Source of the DNA: Longimicrobiales bacterium
GTDB taxonomy: Bacteria; Gemmatimonadota; Gemmatimonadetes; Longimicrobiales; Gaopeijiaceae
Length of the DNA stretch: 64,000 nucleotides
Assembly (NCBI GenBank): GCA_965198065.1
Contig: CBDAON010000004.1
Span: 992,001-1,056,000 of the forward strand
Direction: 5' to 3'
Position numbers and translations under genes: made by a program. Shown here one piece after another: positions 36,881 to 45,794 of the stretch (position 1 is its first letter; every line of letters begins with the position of its first letter). The notes beneath the pieces were generated by a model. It was given only the letters and a program-made list of their open reading frames with translations, did not search any database and had not been told where the DNA came from.

Positions 36881-38188
36881 ATGCGAACGTTCGAGACGAG
36901 GCGCGCGGACTCGATCCCCTTCTCCGAGGCGCTGGACCGCGTCCTCCGGGGCTCCCCACCCCTGACCCCTCGGACGATCCCGCCCGGCGAAGCCGCAGGC
37001 CTGGCGGCCGCTAGCAAGGTCCGGAGCACCTTGACGCTTCCCCCGGGTCCAACGTCGCACATGGATGGGTACGTGGTCCGGGCAGTCGAGCTCGTGGAGT
37101 CCGAGCGGTCCTCCTGGCCCAGGACGTTTCGTGTCGTCGGAGACAGCCTGCCGGGCGCCCCATGGACGCTTCCGATGCCCCCGGGCTCCGCCGTCCGGAT
37201 CATGACGGGGGCGCTCCTTCCCGAGGAGGCGGACCGGGTCTTTCCGGTCGAGGACACGGACGGCGAGTCCGCAAGTGCCGGACAGGTCCGAATCGGAGGC
37301 ATCCGGGCCGCCGACGAGCCCTGGTCCGTTCCCGGCCGGCACGTCCGCCCTCCAGGAGAGGAGGTCCGGGAGGGAGAGCTCCTAGCCGCCCCCGGGGACA
37401 CCCTCGAGTTTGGGCTCCTCGGGCTTCTCGCCACGAGCGGAGCGGGGGCAATCGAGGCGCACCCCCGCCCCCGCGTCGCGCTTGTCGCGACCGGGAGCGA
37501 GCTGGTTCCGCCCGGCAGCGTGGAGGCGCTGGAGCGCGGAATCCGCCGCGCCGACATCCTGTCAACCATGCTGCCGCTCTTGATCCGGGCCGGAGGGGCC
37601 GCTCCCCTTCCCCCCCGCCGCGTGGCGGACGAGCCTGGGGCGCTCAGGGCCGCACTCGAGGAGGCGGCCGAGGAGGCGGACCTCATCGTCACGACGGGAG
37701 GTGCGTCCATGGGTACCGCGGACCTGGTGAAGGACGTGCTGGACGACCTCGGCTTCGTTCTCGACTTCTGGCGAATCCGCATGCGCCCGGGGAGCCCGGT
37801 GAGCTTCGGGCACCTGTCGATGATCCCCGTCCTCGGCCTGCCCGGGAATCCGGTTTCGGCCGTCGTCTCGTACCTCGTCCTCGGCCACCCGGCGGTACGG
37901 GCCCGAGGGGGACACAGGGGTCGCCACCTCCCGCGGATCCGCGCGGCGGTGCGCGAGCCCCTCCCGGGACCCGATCACCTGACCCGCTTCTTCCGGGTGG
38001 CCCTGGAGCCCGAGGGAGAGGGACGGTGGGGAGCCCGCCCGGCCGCTCCACAGGGCTCGGGTGTCATCCGGAGCCTGGCCCTGGCGGACGGTCTGGCCGT
38101 GGTCCCGGAGGGCGCCCCCTCGCCCCAGCCGGGGACGAAAGTGGAGGTCCTCCTCGTGCCCCGCGCCGGCTGGCCGGAGAACCGGTGA
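36881..38188 (+). CDS. moeA: molybdopterin molybdotransferase MoeA
   Basis: SHMDGY, RIMTGA.LP, ATGSEL, TTGGASMG..D, RPGSP, GLPGNPVS, QGSG. Confidence 0.95.
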   Translation: MRTFETRRADSIPFSEALDRVLRGSPPLTPRTIPPGEAAGLAAASKVRSTLTLPPGPTSHMDGYVVRAVELVESERSSWPRTFRVVGDSLPGAPWTLPMPPGSAVRIMTGALLPEEADRVFPVEDTDGESASAGQVRIGGIRAADEPWSVPGRHVRPPGEEVREGELLAAPGDTLEFGLLGLLATSGAGAIEAHPRPRVALVATGSELVPPGSVEALERGIRRADILSTMLPLLIRAGGAAPLPPRRVADEPGALRAALEEAAEEADLIVTTGGASMGTADLVKDVLDDLGFVLDFWRIRMRPGSPVSFGHLSMIPVLGLPGNPVSAVVSYLVLGHPAVRARGGHRGRHLPRIRAAVREPLPGPDHLTRFFRVALEPEGEGRWGARPAAPQGSGVIRSLALADGLAVVPEGAPSPQPGTKVEVLLVPRAGWPENR

Positions 38189-38622
38189 GGCCTCTCGGCC
38201 GGGCCTGGCTCTTCCCTCTCGCGCTCTGCGCGTGCGCGACCCCCGGCCTTCCCGTCGAGGACGAGGTTTCATCCCCCTTCGGGATCCGCTGGGAGGGGAT
38301 TCTCCCCGGTGTCCATCGGGGCGTGGACCTGCGCGCTGCCGAGGGAACGCCCGTGCGGGCCATGGCGGCCGGGCGAATCCGGTTCGCCGGCGTGATGGAC
38401 GGATACGGGAACGTGGTCTGGATCGACCATCCGGGCGGGGTGATCAGCGTCTACGCGCATCTCTCCCGCATCGACGTCGCGGCCGGCTCCCAGGTGGGCC
38501 GCCGGGACTTGGTGGGCCTTAGCGGCAGCACCGGGAGCGTGACGGGGCCGCACCTCCACTTCGAGATCTGGAAGGGGAGGCGGCCCGTGGACCCGATCCA
38601 GTATCTCGGGCAGAGACCGTAG
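38185..38622 (+). CDS. M23 family metallopeptidase (small lipoprotein)
   Basis: LCAC lipobox; intact HRGVD and TGPHLHFE; YAHL. Confidence 0.9.
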   Translation: MRPLGRAWLFPLALCACATPGLPVEDEVSSPFGIRWEGILPGVHRGVDLRAAEGTPVRAMAAGRIRFAGVMDGYGNVVWIDHPGGVISVYAHLSRIDVAAGSQVGRRDLVGLSGSTGSVTGPHLHFEIWKGRRPVDPIQYLGQRP

Positions 38623-38706
38623 GTCGCGCTGCCGAGGCAGAGGACATCCCGCTGGGGCACGACCGCCGGCCGCGAAGGGGCGAGCAGCGGCCGCCGACTC
38701 TGGACC

Positions 38707-39378
38707 TCAGCTGTGGGAACGCGAAACGTCCGGGTGACCGGCAAGGAAGAAGCGGAGAGGCCAGTCCCAGGCTTCACGGATCCCGATCCGCCCCGACACC
38801 CCGATCTCCTCCCCCGGCTCGAGCGTCCCGTCCAGAAGCAAGAGCGGGGGTGTCCAGAGGGGATGCTCGTTCAACTCCCCGTCGATCGCCAGGGCCTCGC
38901 AAAGCCGGGCCGGTCCGTTCGCGACGTCACGCTCCCGCCCCCGGCGGTCTATCATGACGTCAGCCCCAAAAAGCGGCTCCAGAGCACGGATCAGGACCGC
39001 CTGAGGGTCGCCCCTCTGCCCGGCGACCACGTTGAAGCACCAGTGCATCCCGTAGACGAAGTACACGTACGAGGTGGCGGCGGGGCCGAACATCGGGGCG
39101 TTCCGGCGCGTGATGCCCGATCGGGTGGCGGCATGGCAGGCAGGGTCGTGCGGGCCGACGTACGCCTCGGTTTCGACGATCCGACCGCCCGTCGGCGTCC
39201 CCCCGACCAAAGAGACGAGCCGACAGCCGAGGAGGCGGCGGGCTAGGGCTTCGGCCCCCTCCTCCGCGAGCTCGGGATCGAGCACCTCGCCGAACGGGAG
39301 AGCCGTGGGGGCGTCCGGGGCATCGGGGGACCGACCCGCCCGGAGCCCTGCGGAACCGGGCGCGCGGGCGGGGCTCAC
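38707..39378 (-). CDS. DNA-3-methyladenine glycosylase (MPG/AAG type)
   Basis: GRIVETEAY, YVYFVYGMHWCFNVV, AVLIRALEP, NGPARLC, RIGI. Confidence 0.95.
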   Translation of the reverse strand: MSPARAPGSAGLRAGRSPDAPDAPTALPFGEVLDPELAEEGAEALARRLLGCRLVSLVGGTPTGGRIVETEAYVGPHDPACHAATRSGITRRNAPMFGPAATSYVYFVYGMHWCFNVVAGQRGDPQAVLIRALEPLFGADVMIDRRGRERDVANGPARLCEALAIDGELNEHPLWTPPLLLLDGTLEPGEEIGVSGRIGIREAWDWPLRFFLAGHPDVSRSHS

Positions 39379-41297
39379 CCGTCCCCGCGTGTCCTCCGAC
39401 TCCTGTGTGCGCTCACCGCCGAAGCCACCTCCGAGCCGGACCCGCCCGCGCCGGCGGCTTCCCCTTCGATGGGAACGCCCCCATGGCGGGCCTTCCGGCG
39501 CTCCAAATCCGCTTCCCAGCCCTGGAGCACCTTTTCGGCGCGGGCCGGTGGGAGGAGAGCCTCTACGCGGGCGGGACTCGTTTGGAGCACCACGAAGAGC
39601 TCCTCTCCGAGGGCGCTCACGAGTGCCTCCGCGGTCCTCTCTCCGACTCCGGCGTACGAATTCGTGAGGTACTGCACCATGCTCTCCCGGTCGGTCGGAA
39701 GGTGGAGCGAGGCCGGATAGAGCACCGGACCGGTCGGGCGCCTTTCCCCGGAGAGGGGTCCCTGGACCCCGGGAGCGCCGGCGCCCGCCGGCTGCGCCCG
39801 GGCGCTTCCACGGCCTGGCACCGCCTGCCCCTCGAAGATCGGCGGCTCGCTCTCGGCGCCCCCCCGCCGACCCGCATCCCGGGGACGGAGGAGCCTGGAC
39901 CAGAACCCGCCACGCTCCGCCAGCGGGGGTGACTGGTCGGCCCGACTAGAGGCAGCGTTGCCGTCTCCGGGAGTCGCGTCGGTAACGGGAGGGGCCGGTG
40001 ACGGCCCGCGCTCCCCGGTCGCCGCTTCGTCGCCCCCGAACCCCGAAGGCCCGATCCCCGCCCCCGCGCCCGGGGAGGAAACCGTGACTTGGTAGTTTCC
40101 GTCCTCACCCTTGGCCAGGGTCACGACCTCGTGGTCGTGGGCCTGACGGAGGAAGCGCGAAAACTTGGGGAAGCCGAGCTCGCCCTCGTCAAAGCCCGGG
40201 TCGAAGACGAGCATGCGGCGCTTCACGTCGGAGTCCCGCACGGAGTCCGAGCCCTGGTCGTCTAGGAGTGCGGCAACGGCCTTCCGGAGCAGATCGTACG
40301 CCGGCTCGAGCTCCCCCGGGGCACGGCCTGGCGTCGCCGGAAGCTCGGACTCACCCTCCGGAGAGGGGACGGCCTCGGTCCGTCGCGTCGCGACCTCACG
40401 GGAGGATCCGCCGTCCCGCGCCTCGCGAGCGCTCTTCCCGTCTGCCTCGGGCCGGCCTCGCCCGCCCCTTCCGCGGTCCGAGCGACGGGCATCCTTCCGC
40501 TCCTCGCCGCGGCGCCTACCTCCCGACCCAGAGACGAGCTCGTACTGCCCGTTGTCCATCTTATGGAGCCGTACGAGCCCCCTGGATGACGCCTCCGAGA
40601 GGAACTTTGAGAACTTGCTGAAGCCCAGGCTCTTCTCATCGAACCCGGGATCGATCTCGAGCATTACCTGCTTCAGCCGATCAGAGCGCATCACGTCGCT
40701 GCGCTTGATCATCTGCTCGACCGCCTGCTCCACCAGGACCCACGGATCCGTCGGGCTCACGCCCGACTCGTCCGTCTTCCTCAAGCCGGAAAGCGTGGTG
40801 TACGAGTAGTACTCATCGCAGTTCTGGACCAGGATGTCCGAGGAGGACTCCTGGATCCCGACCCCGATCACGTACTTCCCGTACTCCTTCAGCTTGAGCA
40901 CGAGGGAGGAGAAGTCCGAGTCTCCCGTGAGGAGGATGAAGGTCCCGATCTCGGGGCGGGTGAAGACCAGCTCGATCCCGTCGATGGCCATCCGGATGTC
41001 GGTGGCGTTCTTCTTGTTGCTCCCATACGCGGGGGCGAAGATCAGGTCGATCGAGGCCTCCGAGAGCGGGACGATGTACTGGGGGTAGCGGCGCCAGTCG
41101 GCGTACGCTCGCTGCACGGTGACCTTCCCTCGGATGACCTCGGAGTTGAGGAGGTTCTTCAGCTCCTTCGAAAGGTCGCTCCGCATCCCCATCGTGACGT
41201 TGTCGAAGTCGATGAGGAGGGCAGCGTTCGGGTGGGAGGAATGTACGGCGGCCGTGGCTCCCTCGATGTAGGGAGCCCTGGAAAGGGACTTATTCAT
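39375..41297 (-). CDS. NYN domain protein with two OST-HTH/LOTUS-like domains and a C-terminal HhH-like domain
   Basis: LLIDFDN, AYADW, KNATDI, TGDSDF, CDEY; two FDE..LGF.KFS.FL motifs; YAGVGERTAEALV. Confidence 0.88.
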   Translation of the reverse strand: MNKSLSRAPYIEGATAAVHSSHPNAALLIDFDNVTMGMRSDLSKELKNLLNSEVIRGKVTVQRAYADWRRYPQYIVPLSEASIDLIFAPAYGSNKKNATDIRMAIDGIELVFTRPEIGTFILLTGDSDFSSLVLKLKEYGKYVIGVGIQESSSDILVQNCDEYYSYTTLSGLRKTDESGVSPTDPWVLVEQAVEQMIKRSDVMRSDRLKQVMLEIDPGFDEKSLGFSKFSKFLSEASSRGLVRLHKMDNGQYELVSGSGGRRRGEERKDARRSDRGRGGRGRPEADGKSAREARDGGSSREVATRRTEAVPSPEGESELPATPGRAPGELEPAYDLLRKAVAALLDDQGSDSVRDSDVKRRMLVFDPGFDEGELGFPKFSRFLRQAHDHEVVTLAKGEDGNYQVTVSSPGAGAGIGPSGFGGDEAATGERGPSPAPPVTDATPGDGNAASSRADQSPPLAERGGFWSRLLRPRDAGRRGGAESEPPIFEGQAVPGRGSARAQPAGAGAPGVQGPLSGERRPTGPVLYPASLHLPTDRESMVQYLTNSYAGVGERTAEALVSALGEELFVVLQTSPARVEALLPPARAEKVLQGWEADLERRKARHGGVPIEGEAAGAGGSGSEVASAVSAHRSRRTRGDG

Positions 41298-41449
41298 GGC
41301 TTGTACGTGCGCTCTCGCAGCAGTAGTTGGAAACTCGCTTGCCCCCTCACGGGGCCCTGCCGCGAAACCTCCCCACCCCCCCTCCGCCTCTGGCGGAGGA
41401 GCGGGTCGAGGGAAGTCTCTCGGCCACTCGCGCTGGATCGCCTCGGCCC

Positions 41450-41845
41450 TGCCGAATCAGGCGAGCGACCGCGACCCTGCGAACGTTATCGGCTCCCGTC
41501 GTGGGAAGCGCCTCGAAGAACCGAGTCACACCCGGGACTCTTTGTTCCGCCAGCGTTCGGCGGCACCGCTCCCGGAGCTCCTCGACCGTTACGATCGCCC
41601 CCTCCACGGGGCACCACGGAGGCACAGACCGCTTCCGCCAGCAGCTCATCCTCGACACCGACGACCACCGCCTCCTTCACCGCCGGATGAGCTTCTAGCC
41701 GGTCTTCCACCTCCCGCCGGATAGACGTTCGAACAACCGCGAATGATAACGTCCTTGGGCCGCCCCACCAAATGGCCCTACCCCCACCGCTCGTCCACGA
41801 CTCCGAGGTCTCCGATGCGGAAGAACCCCTCCGGATCCACCGCGC
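41450..41845 (-). pseudogene. degraded C-terminal remnant of an AMP-dependent acyl-CoA ligase
   Basis: GFFRIGDLG..(TAG)..GRPKDVIIRG..NVYP, then REVEDRLEAHPAVKEAVVVG, then EELRERC..LPTTG, spread over three frames. Confidence 0.8.
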
Positions 41846-41914
41846 AGTCAGAGAAAGCGCGGGGAACCGTCAGGCGGCGCGAGCGCTCGATGGGCGCCAT
41901 GTCGCCTGCAGCAG

Positions 41915-43066
41915 TCAAGGGTGGTGCGGGTCGGAAGGGGCACCCTCGAGGAGCTCGCATACGACACGCGGATCCACCGAATGGCTCCAGTCTTCCCCGG
42001 GCGCGACCGATCCCATGTCCTCGAGCAGCACGTACCGTGCCTGGCCGCCCCTCCCCTTCTTGTCGCTGGACACGAGGGAAAGCAAGCGGTCGGAGTCGGA
42101 ACGGCCGTCCACGCCGACGGGCAGCTCGACGGCCTCGAGCGCCGACTCGATCGTCTCGGCCACGCCTCGGCGCGTCACCCCGAGCCTCTCCCCCAACCTG
42201 GCTTCGAGCACCATCCCGAGCGCGACAGCGTTCCCGTGACGGATCCGAAAGTGCGACGCCGCCTCGATGGCGTGTCCGAGCGTATGCCCGAAATTTAGGA
42301 TCTGTCGGAGTCCGGACTCGCGCTCGTCCCGGCTCACGACGCCCGCCTTGATCTGGACGGACCTGGCCACCATCCAAGTGGTTGCGGCCGGGTCTCCGTC
42401 GAGGAGGTCCGCGGCTCGCGCCTCGATCTCGCGGAAGTACTCGCCGTCCAGGATCGCCCCGTGCTTCACCGCCTCGGCTAGCCCCTGGCTCCGCTCCTCC
42501 CTCGGGAGGGTCCCGGCGATCTCGGTGTCGGCGAGCACGAAGCGCGGCGGATGGAACGATCCCACCAAGTTCTTTCCGGCAGGCACATCCACCCCGGTCT
42601 TTCCCCCAACCGCGGAATCGACCATCGCCACGAGCGACGTCGGGAGCTGCACAACGGGGATCCCGCGCATGTACGTCGCGGCCACGAATCCCGCCAGGTC
42701 TCCCGTAACCCCTCCCCCCAGCGCGACCACACAGCCGTCGCGTCCCACGCCCGCGGCGAGGAGCTCGTCGGTGAGCCGGCTCCACTCGGCTCGACTCTTG
42801 TGCTCCTCGCCCTCCGGGAACGTGTGGGCGCTCACCGCGCCGGCCGTGGAAATCAGCGAGAGCACGCGCTCCCCGTGGTGCGCGAACACGCGGGTATCGG
42901 AGATCAGTGCGTACCGGTGGGCTCTGACGTGGCTCTCGAGGAGCTCCGCCAGCTCCTCCACGACCCCCTCGCCGACTCTCACCGGGTACGATCCCCCGCT
43001 CGCGGTGCGAACCGTTACTTCGGTACCGTGCTCGGGGGGTCGGGACGTCTCGTCCTTTGCGGTCAC
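41915..43066 (-). CDS. aroB: 3-dehydroquinate synthase
   Basis: GEEHKS, LGGGVTGDLAGF, PTSLVAMVDSAVGGKTG, LNFGHTLGHAIE; GTG overlaps the folK stop. Confidence 0.96.
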   Translation of the reverse strand: MTAKDETSRPPEHGTEVTVRTASGGSYPVRVGEGVVEELAELLESHVRAHRYALISDTRVFAHHGERVLSLISTAGAVSAHTFPEGEEHKSRAEWSRLTDELLAAGVGRDGCVVALGGGVTGDLAGFVAATYMRGIPVVQLPTSLVAMVDSAVGGKTGVDVPAGKNLVGSFHPPRFVLADTEIAGTLPREERSQGLAEAVKHGAILDGEYFREIEARAADLLDGDPAATTWMVARSVQIKAGVVSRDERESGLRQILNFGHTLGHAIEAASHFRIRHGNAVALGMVLEARLGERLGVTRRGVAETIESALEAVELPVGVDGRSDSDRLLSLVSSDKKGRGGQARYVLLEDMGSVAPGEDWSHSVDPRVVCELLEGAPSDPHHP

Positions 43067-43635
43067 CCTTTTCCCTCTTCCCGCGGGAGATCCCCGATCG
43101 GAGCCACCTCGCGTAGCGCTCCCAGACGCGCGTCGTCCGGGATGACCTCGGCCACCGGACGACCCGAGCGCGGATCCGTGAGATCGCCCGCGACCTCGCG
43201 AAGGAGCCCGTACACGAACGGACGCTCCCACCACCGGGGGTGGGGAACCGTGAGCTCCGGCTCGTCGCACACGAGTTCCCCGAAGAAGAGAAGGTCCACG
43301 TCGAGGGTCCGAGCTCCGTAGCGCACCCCCCGCTTCCGGCCCCTCTCTTCCTCGGCCTCCCCGGCGATCCGAAGGAGGTCCCGCGCGGTACGCCGCGTGC
43401 GCCCTCTCACCACGACGTTCAGGTACGGGCCCTGGGGCACCGGCCCCCACGGCTCCGACTCCACGACGCGGGATACCGCCTCGATCTCCAGGCGCTCCTC
43501 GAGGAAGCGCAGCCCGGCCCGGAGGTGGGCCCGCCGATCCCCGAGGTTCGACCCCAGGGACAGGAGGAACGGAGTGCCTTCGGGCGTGGGTGAGCCGCCC
43601 GACGCCCCGGTTTCCGGCCCCGATCGGACCATCAC
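43063..43635 (-). CDS. folK: 2-amino-4-hydroxy-6-hydroxymethyldihydropteridine diphosphokinase
   Basis: LSLGSNLGD, YLN, RYGARTLDVDLL, LTVPHP...RPFV. Confidence 0.95.
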   Translation of the reverse strand: MMVRSGPETGASGGSPTPEGTPFLLSLGSNLGDRRAHLRAGLRFLEERLEIEAVSRVVESEPWGPVPQGPYLNVVVRGRTRRTARDLLRIAGEAEEERGRKRGVRYGARTLDVDLLFFGELVCDEPELTVPHPRWWERPFVYGLLREVAGDLTDPRSGRPVAEVIPDDARLGALREVAPIGDLPREEGKG

Positions 43636-44099
43636 CGCGCGTCGCCCTCCGCCACTCGTCCGTACCAGTCCCTGACCCGGACGACGTCGTCCAGGTGAGC
43701 CGTAGACGCCTCGAGCAGCGTTGAGTCCTTCACCGCCTCGAGGCGGTGGAGCACGCCCGGAAGCACGCGCACGCTCTTCCCCTCGCGCAGGTCCACGGGC
43801 TCCAAGCTTTGGACGCCGGACCCGAGCTCAAGCACGATCTCTCCCGTAAGGAGGAACAGGGTCTCGTCCTTCTCCTCGTGAAACTGCAGGGAGAGGGCCT
43901 CGCCGGCCCGCACGAACAGGAGCTTCCCCACGTAGTCGTCAGTCTCGGCCCAGATCAGCTCATACCCCCAGGGCTTCTCCACCCTACGGGGCGTCACGAC
44001 GGCCGAGGTCGGCGCCCACTGCCCGGAGCCCTGGACCTCCTCCGGCGTCCCTAGCCTCCCCCCCGGCCCCACTCGGTCCGGCACCGGTTTGGCCGACAT
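43632..44099 (-). CDS. cupin domain protein (mannose-6-phosphate isomerase-like)
   Basis: VEKPWGYE, LSLQFHEEKDET, PGVLHRL, EAST..LDDVVR. Confidence 0.88.
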   Translation of the reverse strand: MSAKPVPDRVGPGGRLGTPEEVQGSGQWAPTSAVVTPRRVEKPWGYELIWAETDDYVGKLLFVRAGEALSLQFHEEKDETLFLLTGEIVLELGSGVQSLEPVDLREGKSVRVLPGVLHRLEAVKDSTLLEASTAHLDDVVRVRDWYGRVAEGDAR

Positions 44100-44346
44100 C
44101 GCCCCCCCCTCTGAATGGACTTCCGGCTGGACCTCGAGCCGTCGTTCAAGCTCGATACCCACAGCCCGAGGGCCGCCCCCCGAGCCACGGCCCGACGACC
44201 GCCACGCACCGAGCCACGCCCCGGTTTCCTCAGTAACTAACGCGCCGGCCGGCGCTCTTCTTTCGGATCGCTGAGTGTGCGGAATCGCCCAGGTCGGGGT
44301 CGGCGAGACGGATTGGACTCGGCGTGGTGGCGTCCCGCGCTCCGGC

Positions 44347-45789
44347 TTAGCGCCAGCTTCCCACCGCCTGGCCCGCGGGACACGCGTCTCCCGGTGAGCT
44401 CAGGTTCGGGTTGCGGTCCAACTCGTCCAGGTGCATCGGGTAGGCGATATCGTCTCCTCCCGCCGGCCTCACGGGGGGAAACAGGTCGATGCTCGCCACC
44501 GGGTCCAGCCGGAGCCTCCTAGCCGTCGTATGCCGATCGCCGGTCAGCCAAAGCTCCCGTGCCCGCTCGTCCGCGACCCGCTTCAGGTCCGCCGCGAGGT
44601 TGCCCGAAAGCTCGATCGGTAGGAGGACGCTGTCCTCCTCGGGTAGCTCCACCCGCCAGCGGAGCGCCGCGCGCTCGCTGTAGTCGCTCCGGAGGTCGTT
44701 CAGGAGCGCCTGGGCGCCCCCGGTGTCGCCGCTTCGGACGGCCGCTTCGGCGCGGATCAGCACGGCCTCCACCCCCGACGCCATCAGCACGTCGCTCTCG
44801 GGGCGACTGTAGAGCGTCTGGAGAACGACCGGAAACGACGCCGACGACTGCGCCCGAAACCCCTCCGGTCGATCGCGTAGGAGGTTCAGCGCCAGAAACT
44901 GATCCAGGTGCTCCCAGCGCTCACCCGCCGCTTCCTGCTGGAGGGATCCGTCTCCGACGGTCCAGCGGATCAGCTCCGTGTCACCCCACGTGAGCGCATA
45001 GACCTCGTTGTACTGGCTCGGGTTGTTCTGCGAGTACTCGGACCAGTACACGAAGTCGCGATCGACCTGAGCCGCGAGCGCCGCCGCCTGCTGGTAGCTC
45101 CACCGCCAGAGGTGCGCGCGGGCCTGCCCCACGATCGCCGCGAGCCTCACGTCGTCCAGATCGATCTCCGCGGCGCGGGCCTCGGCCTCCTGGAGGACCG
45201 TGATCACCTGCTGCATCCGAGCATCCGGCAGGAGCGGGGCCGGCTCGAAAGCCATCCCCGTTAGGATGCTCCAGCAGTAGAGCTCAGCCAACCAGATCCT
45301 CGAGTACCCTCCGTAGAGTTTCCCGAGCGCGATTCCCTCGCGAAGCTCGTCCAGGGCCTCCTCGAAGCGTGGGTCCGACAGCCTCGCCTCCAGCTGGACG
45401 AGGGTCGTGTCGGCCTGGAATCGGGTGAGGTGTAGCCCCCCGTAGATGCCCGACAGTGCCAAACTGCCCGGCGGGATCCGCCTGGCGTCCACCTGCAATC
45501 GGTCGGAGAACGTTCCGGCGGACACCATCTCGTCCGTGAGGAGCCCCGAGTAGAGAGCGATGTTGTCCACCGTCTCGTGATAGTTCCCGACCATCCCCCT
45601 CACCAGAGCGGAGATCCCCCCGGGCCCGGCAGCCTCGAGGTCTCCCGGTAGGACGACGGCCGAGTCGTCCACGTCGAGCACGCCCTCGCAGCCCACGGTG
45701 AGGATGACTCCCAGAAAGGCCAGGATCCCCGACGGGCCACTCGGGCGTCGCCCGAATCTCGGTGTCTTCCGCACGCTTCCCTCCGCCAT
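44347..45789 (-). CDS. SusD/RagB-like lipoprotein
   Basis: LTVGC lipobox, SGLLTDE, LIRAEAA, ERARELWLTG.R, ELDRNPN; downstream of SusC. Confidence 0.85.
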   Translation of the reverse strand: MAEGSVRKTPRFGRRPSGPSGILAFLGVILTVGCEGVLDVDDSAVVLPGDLEAAGPGGISALVRGMVGNYHETVDNIALYSGLLTDEMVSAGTFSDRLQVDARRIPPGSLALSGIYGGLHLTRFQADTTLVQLEARLSDPRFEEALDELREGIALGKLYGGYSRIWLAELYCWSILTGMAFEPAPLLPDARMQQVITVLQEAEARAAEIDLDDVRLAAIVGQARAHLWRWSYQQAAALAAQVDRDFVYWSEYSQNNPSQYNEVYALTWGDTELIRWTVGDGSLQQEAAGERWEHLDQFLALNLLRDRPEGFRAQSSASFPVVLQTLYSRPESDVLMASGVEAVLIRAEAAVRSGDTGGAQALLNDLRSDYSERAALRWRVELPEEDSVLLPIELSGNLAADLKRVADERARELWLTGDRHTTARRLRLDPVASIDLFPPVRPAGGDDIAYPMHLDELDRNPNLSSPGDACPAGQAVGSWR

Positions 45790-45794
45790 CGGGT

